Part shown: positions 24,285 through 32,000 of the stretch, one piece after another
Numbering within the stretch: position 1 is the first letter of the stretch
Layout of the letters: each line of letters opens with the position of its first letter
Assembly: GCA_016840465.1 (NCBI GenBank)
Contig: JAEOSH010000009.1
Location: forward strand, 1 to 32,000
Length of the DNA stretch: 32,000 nt
DNA from: Candidatus Baldrarchaeum yapensis
GTDB taxonomy: Archaea; Asgardarchaeota; Baldrarchaeia; Baldrarchaeales; Baldrarchaeaceae
Direction: 5' to 3'
The notes under the pieces: model-generated
Told to the model about the DNA's origin: nothing
Seen by the model: only the letters and a program-made list of their open reading frames with translations
Database searches by the model: none
Program-made: the position numbers and the translations under genes

Positions 24285-24845
24285 GTGGGGTTAATGCTAA
24301 TTGTAAGTAGGCTAATCCGCGTGGCTGCCATTGGGGTCGACATACTTGCGACGTTAATACTGATAAGCACAATATACTCCGCGGTGACAATGTTTCTATT
24401 TGTCGGCTCACCCGATCAGATAATTTCTACGAACGCCGCCAACGTCACAATAACGGCCATTGCCAGCGAGGAGGAAAACGTTCTGAAGGTAAATGTTCTG
24501 ATGGATATAAATCTGACAATAAGGAATTACGGATTATATGAGTTTAGAGACGTACTCGTGTATTGTTTCTTCGTAAATAAGACCTCAGATAAAGTTTTGA
24601 ACTCCACGCAACTAGATTTTACAAGGCTGGACACTGGTGGTAACATCATATCCCTCGGGGAACATGAATACCGCATGAGTGGAACCATAATCGTGGAGGT
24701 GCCAATACCCGAGGGTGCATCGTTAGAGGACATCAAAAGAGAGTTGCAGGAGGATTGCGCAATAAGACTGTTGCTTTCCTCGAAATACTCAATATTTGGG
24801 TTTAATATAACATTAGAGTTCCCAATCGGGGGAGCCTCATCATGA
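24285..24845 (+). CDS. Hypothetical membrane-anchored exported protein, beta-rich
   Basis: One N-terminal TM helix, alternating beta pattern, and five N-x-T sequons (NVT, NLT, NKT, NST, NIT). Confidence 0.75.
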   Translation: MGLMLIVSRLIRVAAIGVDILATLILISTIYSAVTMFLFVGSPDQIISTNAANVTITAIASEEENVLKVNVLMDINLTIRNYGLYEFRDVLVYCFFVNKTSDKVLNSTQLDFTRLDTGGNIISLGEHEYRMSGTIIVEVPIPEGASLEDIKRELQEDCAIRLLLSSKYSIFGFNITLEFPIGGASS

Positions 24846-25294
24846 GAAGTAAGAAAAGAGAACCCTCACTATCAAGAGCCTTCTTTGCAATGTTTTGGAC
24901 TCTGCTAACGATGGTTGTACTTCCTTATATGATCTTCTTCGTAGTGTTTGAGAGAATGGGCATAAGCGGACCCTTTGAACGCGCCATTGGAACGTATTAT
25001 GAGACCCTTAGGAATATAGGAACCCTGATCGCTGGCTTCATGTTCCTTAAGAACTGTGTCCCTTATTACTCTAGAACGCGGGCATTTGGTGACCTTATGA
25101 TAACATTCCTTTCGCTGATACTGTTCTATCAGATCTTCATGACAGTAATCGAGGTTTCCATACCGGGTTTGGCGATTGCAATAGATATACACGGCCTCTT
25201 TTACCTTTACCTCTTGGCGGCATTGCTAAGAATCACATCGAGAGCGGTGGAAATAATAGAGATAGGAGGAAGGGGTGGGGGAAGTGCAGGGTGA
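24842..25294 (+). CDS. Hypothetical four-TM membrane protein
   Basis: Four hydrophobic segments; ATGA overlap with the upstream gene. Confidence 0.75.
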   Translation: MRSKKREPSLSRAFFAMFWTLLTMVVLPYMIFFVVFERMGISGPFERAIGTYYETLRNIGTLIAGFMFLKNCVPYYSRTRAFGDLMITFLSLILFYQIFMTVIEVSIPGLAIAIDIHGLFYLYLLAALLRITSRAVEIIEIGGRGGGSAG

Positions 25295-25583
25295 TTGGTC
25301 GGAATTTCTAGATTATCTGCAAATGTTTTTTGAGACGATTGTCCCATACCTGAACAAAATATACCTGTGGCTCGAGAAAAACGTGTTTCCGCACCTCGTT
25401 TCAGTAGAACGGTTCTTTAGAGAAGTTCTGATTCCAGCACTTCCAAAAACGTATGAAGTTTACGTTGGAATTGCTGGTGCACTCGTAATATTGGGCCTAA
25501 TTTTATATGTGAGATACCGTTCTAGAGAGAGGGTTGAGAGACTTGAGGCCGAGGCAGCAGAGTTTGAGGCGCTCGAGGAGTGA
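25275..25583 (+). CDS. Hypothetical single-TM protein with three 15-aa amphipathic repeats and an acidic tail
   Basis: Pro at 24/39/54, TM VYVGIAGALVILGLILYV, tail EAEAAEFEALEE. It overlaps both neighbours and has a G-rich SD. Confidence 0.65.
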   Translation: MGEVQGDWSEFLDYLQMFFETIVPYLNKIYLWLEKNVFPHLVSVERFFREVLIPALPKTYEVYVGIAGALVILGLILYVRYRSRERVERLEAEAAEFEALEE

Positions 25584-27033
25584 ATGTATAGCGGTCTTTG
25601 ATGTCGGAACGACCAATGTAAAGTCTGTCATCATAGACGTGGAGGGCAATGTGCTCTCAAAGTCCATAAAGGAAATACCGCTGATAACCCCAAGACCCGA
25701 ATTTATAGAGTTGGACCCGGAGGTTCTATGGAAGACTGCAACAGAAACAATGAAAGAGGCTGTCAGAACCGCGGGAGTTTCTCCTGATAACGTGCTTGCG
25801 ATCGGCGTATGCACACAGCGTGCGACCGTTATTCCCCTAGATAAGGACATTAAGCCTCTGTATAATGCGATCACATGGATGGATGGTAGAAGAAGCAAAT
25901 CTGCCGAGAGCATATGGAAGCAAATAATCCAAAGAGTGCTTGCAATAAAGTTCCTCTGGTTTAAGGACGAAAAACCCGAGATTCTGGAGAGAATGTGGAA
26001 ATACGTGACTGTCGACACATACATGTACCTTAAATTGGCGGAAAGTTGTGTTTGCGACTTTTCGAACGCTGCTTATGGTCCCTTCGATGTAAAGTCTCTT
26101 AAATGGTCAGATCAGCTTTCAGAAATTTTCAAAGTTCCGATCGATAAATTGCCGGATATTGCAGAGCCTGGAACCGTCGTTGGGGAGTTGACATCAAGTG
26201 CTGCAGAAGAAATTGGACTGAAGAAAGGAACTCCGGTAATTTGTGGCAGTGGGGATCAACAGTGTTCAAGCATTGCGCTGGGGGTTGTAGAACGGGGAAG
26301 AGCGAAAGCGACGACCGGGACCGGCACATTTCTTGATGTGTGCGTGGATGCCCCACCTTTTGATTTTTACCAATCGGCTTTGAGGATATTCTGCCTTCCT
26401 CATGCCATCAAAAACTTATGGCTTCTAGAGGGAGTCCTACCAACTACGGGGGCCATTTACCGATGGCTTAGAGACAAATTGTCAGAAAATGTAGTGGAGA
26501 TGGCGAGGTCCAGAAATGTGGATCCCTACGTGATACTGGATGAGGAGGCCGAAAAGGTAGGACCAGGTGCCGACGGACTGATAGTGGTTCCACTATTTTC
26601 GTTTTCTAAGGGGGTAATACATGGTCTAAGTTTGGAGCATGGACGTGCACATATAGCAAGAGCAATACTCGAATCCGTGGGATTCGGGCTTCGCCTCTTT
26701 CTCAGGTTCATGGAGGCTTTTGGAATCAAAGTAGAGGAATTGTATGTTGACGGTGGCGGCATGCGGAGCAGGCTTTGGAGGAGAATATTAGCGGACATTA
26801 CTGGGAAGAAAATAGTGTTGCCCGAAAACATCGAGGACTGCTCATCCATTGGCGCTGCGATTCTTGCTGCATGGGGCGTAAAATTCTACCCATCGATCGA
26901 AAAGGCTGTTAAGGGAATGACAAGAATTGTCGAGGCCCTGGACCCGAATCCTGACAACAAGAAGGTTTATGATCAAATATATCCTAGGTTTGAAAAGCTA
27001 ATAATGAGTGTGGCTGCCGAGTTACCCGTTTGA
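25534..27033 (+). CDS. FGGY-family carbohydrate/polyol kinase
   Basis: FDVGTTNVK, TQRAT, TWMDGR, GDQQC, TTGTG and VDGGG. The start is possibly TTG 25564. Confidence 0.92.
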   Translation: MRDLRPRQQSLRRSRSECIAVFDVGTTNVKSVIIDVEGNVLSKSIKEIPLITPRPEFIELDPEVLWKTATETMKEAVRTAGVSPDNVLAIGVCTQRATVIPLDKDIKPLYNAITWMDGRRSKSAESIWKQIIQRVLAIKFLWFKDEKPEILERMWKYVTVDTYMYLKLAESCVCDFSNAAYGPFDVKSLKWSDQLSEIFKVPIDKLPDIAEPGTVVGELTSSAAEEIGLKKGTPVICGSGDQQCSSIALGVVERGRAKATTGTGTFLDVCVDAPPFDFYQSALRIFCLPHAIKNLWLLEGVLPTTGAIYRWLRDKLSENVVEMARSRNVDPYVILDEEAEKVGPGADGLIVVPLFSFSKGVIHGLSLEHGRAHIARAILESVGFGLRLFLRFMEAFGIKVEELYVDGGGMRSRLWRRILADITGKKIVLPENIEDCSSIGAAILAAWGVKFYPSIEKAVKGMTRIVEALDPNPDNKKVYDQIYPRFEKLIMSVAAELPV

Positions 27034-27056
27034 TTGCGTTTTTTTAAGGGGTAAAC

Positions 27057-28496
27057 ATGTACGGCAGCGTCACACCCGATATTATTGACGAATTGAAGTC
27101 CATAGTTGGCGAGAAGCACGTTTCAACAAGTCTTGTCGATAGACTAGTTTGCTCCCGCGATCTCTGGTTCCCCATGCTATTCAAAACTCTAAAGGGAGAA
27201 CTATGGCCAACGGCTGACGTGGTTGTATGGCCGGGTTCGGCAGAGGAGGTCTCAGAAGTACTTAAATTGGCAAACAAAAGAAGAGTGCCGGTGGTAACAC
27301 TTGGAGGAGGGGCCGGGGTGTGCGGCGGTTTATCGCCGATTCGTGGCGGAATAGTCATGGACATAAAGCGTATGTGCAAGGTTTTGGAACTTGATGAGGA
27401 GTCGCTGACGGTTGTCGTGCAGGCAGGGCTCATAGGTATGGAGTTGGAGGAGTATCTAAATAGGAAAGGTTACACACTCGGTCACTATCCCCTGTCTATA
27501 TACGCATCGACGATCGGAGGCTTTCTTGCGTGCCGGTCGGCTGGCGTTCTCTCCAATAAGTATGGCAAAATTGAGGATATGGTTATAGCATTGCGAGTGG
27601 TTCTTCCCACGGGGGAAATTATTGAAACGAAACGGGTTCCGAGGAGGGCAACAGGTCCCGATCTCATGCAGTTATTCGTCGGGTCGGAGGGAATTCTGGG
27701 TGTTATAACGGAGGCCGCCCTCAGAATTCATCCATACCCGGAAAAGAGAATATTTACGTCCTATAGGTTCAAGGATCTACACGCAGGGCTGGAGGCCGTA
27801 AGAAACATATTTAGGAGGGGCGTGAGACCCGCCATTGTCAGGCTTTATGATGAGAGAGACACAAAAATAACGCTAGGAAGCCTAGGATTGCCAGCAGAGG
27901 GCTGCCTTTTAATTTTAAGTTTCGAGGGAACAGAGAAGCTTGTGGACGCCGAGGCTGAGGTTGCCGATGAGGTTTGCAGACAATGGGGTGGTGAACAATT
28001 GGGCGATCTTCCAGCAAAGCATTGGTGGAAGCACAGGCATGATCAATACTGGAACCTGCCGCACCTGCTCAAAGGGTTTATGATCGTCGATACCATAGAG
28101 GTGTCGGCGCCCTGGGATAGGCTTGAGAGGTTGTACTGGGAAGTTAAGCGGGCGCTTGAGGGGCAGGGCGTGATTCCGATGGCTCATTTCTCGCACTTTT
28201 ACCTCGATGGCGGCTCGATTTACTTCACATTTGTAAAGCCGAGAGAACCGAAAACGCCAATTAATGATGCTTATTGGAGGATTTGGAGTGCAGCGATGGA
28301 GGCGTGTATCAGGGTGGGCGGATCTATAAGCCATCACCATGGGGTGGGGCTCGTAAGGTCGCCATGGATGGAAAAGGAACATGGCAAGTCTTTTGAGATC
28401 ATCAGGGCATTGAAGAAGGTTCTCGATCCAAATAATATTTTAAACCCCGGAAAATTGGGAATGGTGGGATGGAGTGAGGTTAGAAGAGTTTTCTAG
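27057..28496 (+). CDS. FAD-linked oxidoreductase (VAO/GlcD superfamily), alkyl-DHAP-synthase-like subgroup
   Basis: DVVVWP, LGGG, STIGG, NKYGKIEDMV, TGPDL...GSEGILGVITEA, SIYFTF and SHHHGVG. Confidence 0.88.
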   Translation: MYGSVTPDIIDELKSIVGEKHVSTSLVDRLVCSRDLWFPMLFKTLKGELWPTADVVVWPGSAEEVSEVLKLANKRRVPVVTLGGGAGVCGGLSPIRGGIVMDIKRMCKVLELDEESLTVVVQAGLIGMELEEYLNRKGYTLGHYPLSIYASTIGGFLACRSAGVLSNKYGKIEDMVIALRVVLPTGEIIETKRVPRRATGPDLMQLFVGSEGILGVITEAALRIHPYPEKRIFTSYRFKDLHAGLEAVRNIFRRGVRPAIVRLYDERDTKITLGSLGLPAEGCLLILSFEGTEKLVDAEAEVADEVCRQWGGEQLGDLPAKHWWKHRHDQYWNLPHLLKGFMIVDTIEVSAPWDRLERLYWEVKRALEGQGVIPMAHFSHFYLDGGSIYFTFVKPREPKTPINDAYWRIWSAAMEACIRVGGSISHHHGVGLVRSPWMEKEHGKSFEIIRALKKVLDPNNILNPGKLGMVGWSEVRRVF

Positions 28497-29595
28497 CCGG
28501 ATTTTGACCTGTTCATTATGCCTAAAAATGTGCAAGTACGTGTGTCCGGTTGCATCCGTAGTCAGGTACGAGCCTGTGTATCCGCCAAATAAGGCACTGA
28601 TTGCGCACATGATCCTATCCGGTATGATAAACCTGAAGGACGAGGGTGAAAATGTTGCCAGGTACGCTTACCTTTGTACGACTTGTGGCCTCTGTAGCAC
28701 GCCTCCATGGTGTGGTTTAGACGTGAGGCTCTGGGAGATCATTGAGGCTTTACGTGCGGACCTCGTTGATCAGGGCATAATCCTAGAACCCGTTAAGAGA
28801 GTTCTGAAAAGTGCTTCGGAGAACAGAAACCCGTACGGTGAGAATCTTCATGCAAGGTTTTCTAAAGTCAAACATGTGTTTTCGGACGATGCAGATGTTG
28901 TTTACTTTGTCGGATGCACAACGTCGTACAGAGTTCCGCAGATAGCCAATGCCGTAATCGATGTTTTATCCATGGCGGGGCTCAACTTTACGCTCTTAAA
29001 GGACGAATGGTGTTGTGGCTCACCTCTTATTAGGCTTGGGCTCATTGATCTTGCCCGAGAGCATGCGGAACACAATATCAATGCATTAAACGATATTGGA
29101 GCAAAGACCGTCGTTTTCTCATGCCCCGGATGCTACAGGACATTTAAAATAGATTACGAGAGGTTAGGATATAAAATAAAGTTTGAAGTCAAGCATGTTA
29201 CTGAAGTTGTAGTTGATCTGCTTAAGAGTTTGAAGATACGCAAAAAAGAGGATATTACTGCAACATATCACGATCCCTGCCATTTAGGGCGTCATTTGGG
29301 AATATTTGATGCTCCTCGACAGATACTCTCGGTGCTCGGAATACAGATAAGGGAAATGCAATGGAGAAGAGAGAACTCTAGGTGTTGTGGGGCCGGCGGT
29401 GGGATGCTAATTACAAATAGCGAGGTTGCATATGCTGCCGGGAGAAGAAGAGTTGAAGAGGCTTTAGAAAGTGGGGTCAAAAATCTCATAACAGCATGTC
29501 CGTTCTGCAGGATCTCGCTCGAAAGGGCAAGTGGCGGAAAAATAGAGGTTAAAGACGTCATGGAATTGTTAGCGGAATCTTTAGAAGAACGTTAA
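28474..29595 (+). CDS. GlpC/GlcF/HdrD-like Fe-S protein (two 4Fe-4S motifs + two CCG domains)
   Basis: CSLCLKMC..VCP, CTTCGLC, FVGC...CCG...CPGC and HDPC...CCG...CPFC. Confidence 0.92.
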   Translation: MRLEEFSSRILTCSLCLKMCKYVCPVASVVRYEPVYPPNKALIAHMILSGMINLKDEGENVARYAYLCTTCGLCSTPPWCGLDVRLWEIIEALRADLVDQGIILEPVKRVLKSASENRNPYGENLHARFSKVKHVFSDDADVVYFVGCTTSYRVPQIANAVIDVLSMAGLNFTLLKDEWCCGSPLIRLGLIDLAREHAEHNINALNDIGAKTVVFSCPGCYRTFKIDYERLGYKIKFEVKHVTEVVVDLLKSLKIRKKEDITATYHDPCHLGRHLGIFDAPRQILSVLGIQIREMQWRRENSRCCGAGGGMLITNSEVAYAAGRRRVEEALESGVKNLITACPFCRISLERASGGKIEVKDVMELLAESLEER

Positions 29596-29901
29596 TTATT
29601 CAAATCCGAATCGCTTTCTTAACTCCCTAGACATTCGCTCCGGCGTCCAAGGAGGGTCAAATACTAACTCTATTTCTACATTTTCCGCTCCAAGTTCCTT
29701 TATTGCCCGCTCGACTTCTCTGAGAAACATCATGTAGAGAGGGCATCCAGGCGTAGTTAGTGTCATCTTTATGTAGACGTTCTTGTCCTTCACGTTGACT
29801 TCGTAGATCAGCCCTAGATCTACTATGTTCACACCCAGCTCTGGGTCATAGACCTTCTTCAGTGCATCCATCACCTGTTCTTTCGTGAGCAAGATCTGCA
29901 C
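29596..29901 (-). CDS. DUF59/SufT-like Fe-S cluster assembly factor
   Basis: DPELGVNIVDLGLIY, MTLTTPGCP and FDPPWTPERMS. Confidence 0.92.
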   Translation of the reverse strand: MQILLTKEQVMDALKKVYDPELGVNIVDLGLIYEVNVKDKNVYIKMTLTTPGCPLYMMFLREVERAIKELGAENVEIELVFDPPWTPERMSRELRKRFGFE

Positions 29902-30095
29902 CCCGCCTGCACGGTCGACTAGATATACGTTTTACCTTTATAAAAAGTCCTCATTTTGCAATAGCACAAAAATAAGTACATCCTCTAGAGGCGTGGAGCA
30001 CTCCAAATGGCTTGAGCAGTTCACGTCGACCCACTGGATGGTTGCCATATTTTGCGTATGCGGGAATATTATCTGGAGATTTCGAACGTGAGAGA

Positions 30096-31022
30096 TTACG
30101 TCATTAGTAACCATACGGGAATGAGGAATAGGGACACTGCTGTGAGTATGGGGATTATTTGCGACGCCAGATTTACATTCAGTTTGTACTTCTCAGCGAG
30201 TGCGGAATTCATCACTGCGGGAGGCATACCCGCCTCTAACATTATCACTGATCTTTCGAGATCCCCGGTTGTGACGAAATCGAGAATGTAGAGATTAAGG
30301 AACGGGGAGAACACGAATCTGATAAAGGCGGTAAGTAAACACGCGCGTGCAAATTTATTAGCATTGCCAACACTTCCGGCGAGTCGATACCCTATTGTGA
30401 AGAGGATCACCGGAACCGTGGTATCGCCAATAAAGGACAGTATTGTGCTGGCCACGGCGCCAATGGTCCAAGGGCTCACAAGTATAACTATTCCTATGAT
30501 GGATGCGGCCATTGGAGGGTATGAGAGGGCTGATCTTATGATATCCGCCATACGTGTTGACTCTCCCGAGTATGATGCGGCTATGAATGCGCCCATTGTG
30601 TTCATGAGGAACCCATTTATCAGCATGTAAAACACGACTGCCACGACTCCTCTATCGCCCCATAATGATAGCGCTATAGGAAGCGGGAGAAAAGCGGTAT
30701 TTTGAAAGCTTGCGGTTAGTATTACGACGGCGCGGCTCCTATCATCCATGTCACGTGCAAATAAGCTGGTCAGTACCGATATTAGGAAAAACGATGATAT
30801 CTGCGTGATGAAAGAAAACGTCATCATGAGGACTGCGGTTTCATATACTGCAACGAGAGACTGTGTCCCAAAGCTTTCAATTATCAGACATGGAAGGGCC
30901 AAATAGACTACGTAGTCCACAAGCGGGGATATGTCTCCACTGCGTGGTATCCCAGCTTTTCTAAACAGAAAACCTGCAAAGATGGGTGTATAGAACATTA
31001 GAAGAACCACGTGTAGGTTCAT
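30096..31022 (-). CDS. AEC-family (malate permease/auxin efflux carrier) transporter
   Basis: YLALPCL, NTAFLPLPI, PVILFTIG and MPPAVMN; ~10 TM helices. Confidence 0.9.
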   Translation of the reverse strand: MNLHVVLLMFYTPIFAGFLFRKAGIPRSGDISPLVDYVVYLALPCLIIESFGTQSLVAVYETAVLMMTFSFITQISSFFLISVLTSLFARDMDDRSRAVVILTASFQNTAFLPLPIALSLWGDRGVVAVVFYMLINGFLMNTMGAFIAASYSGESTRMADIIRSALSYPPMAASIIGIVILVSPWTIGAVASTILSFIGDTTVPVILFTIGYRLAGSVGNANKFARACLLTAFIRFVFSPFLNLYILDFVTTGDLERSVIMLEAGMPPAVMNSALAEKYKLNVNLASQIIPILTAVSLFLIPVWLLMT

Positions 31023-31149
31023 ACGCTCACCCGGTATGTGACCTACAGAGGCGTGATGACTTCAATCGACATGCTACATGCATGGAGGACGGTCTACATA
31101 AACTTGAAATTGAGGTCTAAGATGCAATATTCGTCACAGCGGAGCGTAT

Positions 31150-31824
31150 GTGGTGCATCAGATGATGGATCTTCACATACACAGCGTTTATAGCGACGGA
31201 AACGCGCATATCGAGGATATTGTCCGGCATGCAAGTAGGATAAGGCTAAAAATAATAGCAATTACCGATCACTGCTCGAAAACATACACTTACGTTGGCG
31301 GGAGGATGTTGAACCCCGATGTTGCAATGGAGCGTGCAGAAGTAATTTCTGAGGTAAATTCTAGGTACAACAACATTGTTGTTTTGAATGGCATTGAGAG
31401 TGATATTGATGGCGGGATTGTCGTCTTTCCTCGGGGGTTAAAGAAAGATTTCTTCGATCTCGTTATTGGTAGCATTCATAAGTCGGTTTCCGCGAAAGTA
31501 TGGTACCAGTGGTCGCTATCGGCCATAAGAAGCGGGAATATCGACGTTCTCGGACACCCGTTCTCTTATGTAAGGGAGAATATTCCCTTTGAGATGGTGG
31601 AGGAGGTATTAATTGAGCTTGCCGATCATAATGTGGCCTTTGAATTGAATATGTCGTACGGACTGCCCCCAGAGGATGTATTGCTACTGTGTAAGGAGTA
31701 TGATGTCCCCGTATCCGTGGGGAGTGATGCGCACTCGCTATTTAATGTTGGAATGGTGGATGCGGGATTTTCAGTTGCGAAGAAGTTTGGTTTGCGAATA
31801 ATAAGGCCGCAAAAGAGGTATTAA
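31150..31824 (+). CDS. Stand-alone PHP-domain metallohydrolase
   Basis: Metal ligands in HIHSVYSDG, ITDH, GIESD, GSIH, LGHP and GSDAH. Confidence 0.9.
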   Translation: MVHQMMDLHIHSVYSDGNAHIEDIVRHASRIRLKIIAITDHCSKTYTYVGGRMLNPDVAMERAEVISEVNSRYNNIVVLNGIESDIDGGIVVFPRGLKKDFFDLVIGSIHKSVSAKVWYQWSLSAIRSGNIDVLGHPFSYVRENIPFEMVEEVLIELADHNVAFELNMSYGLPPEDVLLLCKEYDVPVSVGSDAHSLFNVGMVDAGFSVAKKFGLRIIRPQKRY

Positions 31825-32000
31825 TTGGAAATTTGGTCGCAGTATGCTGGATGTGCCGTAATACAAGCAAGAGTTATTTGACGACGTATTCCGTCGAGTG
31901 GCAGAGTGTTAACACACACTTTGCTTATACCGCCCACTCATCATAGACGTGTGAGATTGCCCGCCGTTTTGCGCGCAATTTTCTGAGAACAATATGATAG

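Noticed and set aside
25534-27033. Calling the kinase glpK or xylB
   Set aside because: It is clearly FGGY, but I cannot resolve the substrate-specific residues by eye.
1-32000. CRISPR arrays, tRNA/rRNA genes, IS elements, Sec/Pyl read-through
   Set aside because: I saw no regularly spaced repeats, cloverleaf or T-loop signatures, transposase motifs, or conserved domains broken by in-frame TGA/TAG. This was manual inspection only, so tRNAscan-SE, Infernal and CRISPR finders should confirm it.

Overview
Gene-dense prokaryotic chromosome segment that looks archaeal. The evidence is archaeal-type TopA, MoeA-PBP, a KaiC/RAD55 ATPase, PaREP1, a stand-alone Lrp ligand-binding domain, TATA-like boxes and GGAGG/GGTGA Shine-Dalgarno (SD) sites; the lineage cannot be fixed from the window alone. 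About 33 CDS are supported; no rRNA, tRNA, CRISPR array or transposase was seen. Housekeeping and metabolic content: topA interrupted by a 188-aa mini-intein, thyX, moaE, mobB-moeA-moeA/PBP, a NitT/TauT-type ABC transporter, MFS, AEC and ECF-S transporters, a phenylacetate-CoA-ligase-like gene, a vapBC pair, a DUF59/SufT protein and a PHP hydrolase. Least explained parts: (1) a coupled six-gene run at 24285-29595 (three unknown membrane proteins, an FGGY kinase, an alkyl-DHAP-synthase-like FAD enzyme and a CCG Fe-S protein), divergent from a KaiC-like ATPase; (2) the left end (CTG-start PaREP1 gene missed by the ORF track, a perfect 22-bp palindrome, and a SWIM protein apparently fused to a second gene); (3) minus-strand genes at 8910-11111 (split PH-like membrane protein, zinc-ribbon protein, and a TM + PCI-like winged helix + zinc ribbon protein). 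All family calls come from motif recognition by eye and recalled consensus sequences; no database search was run.
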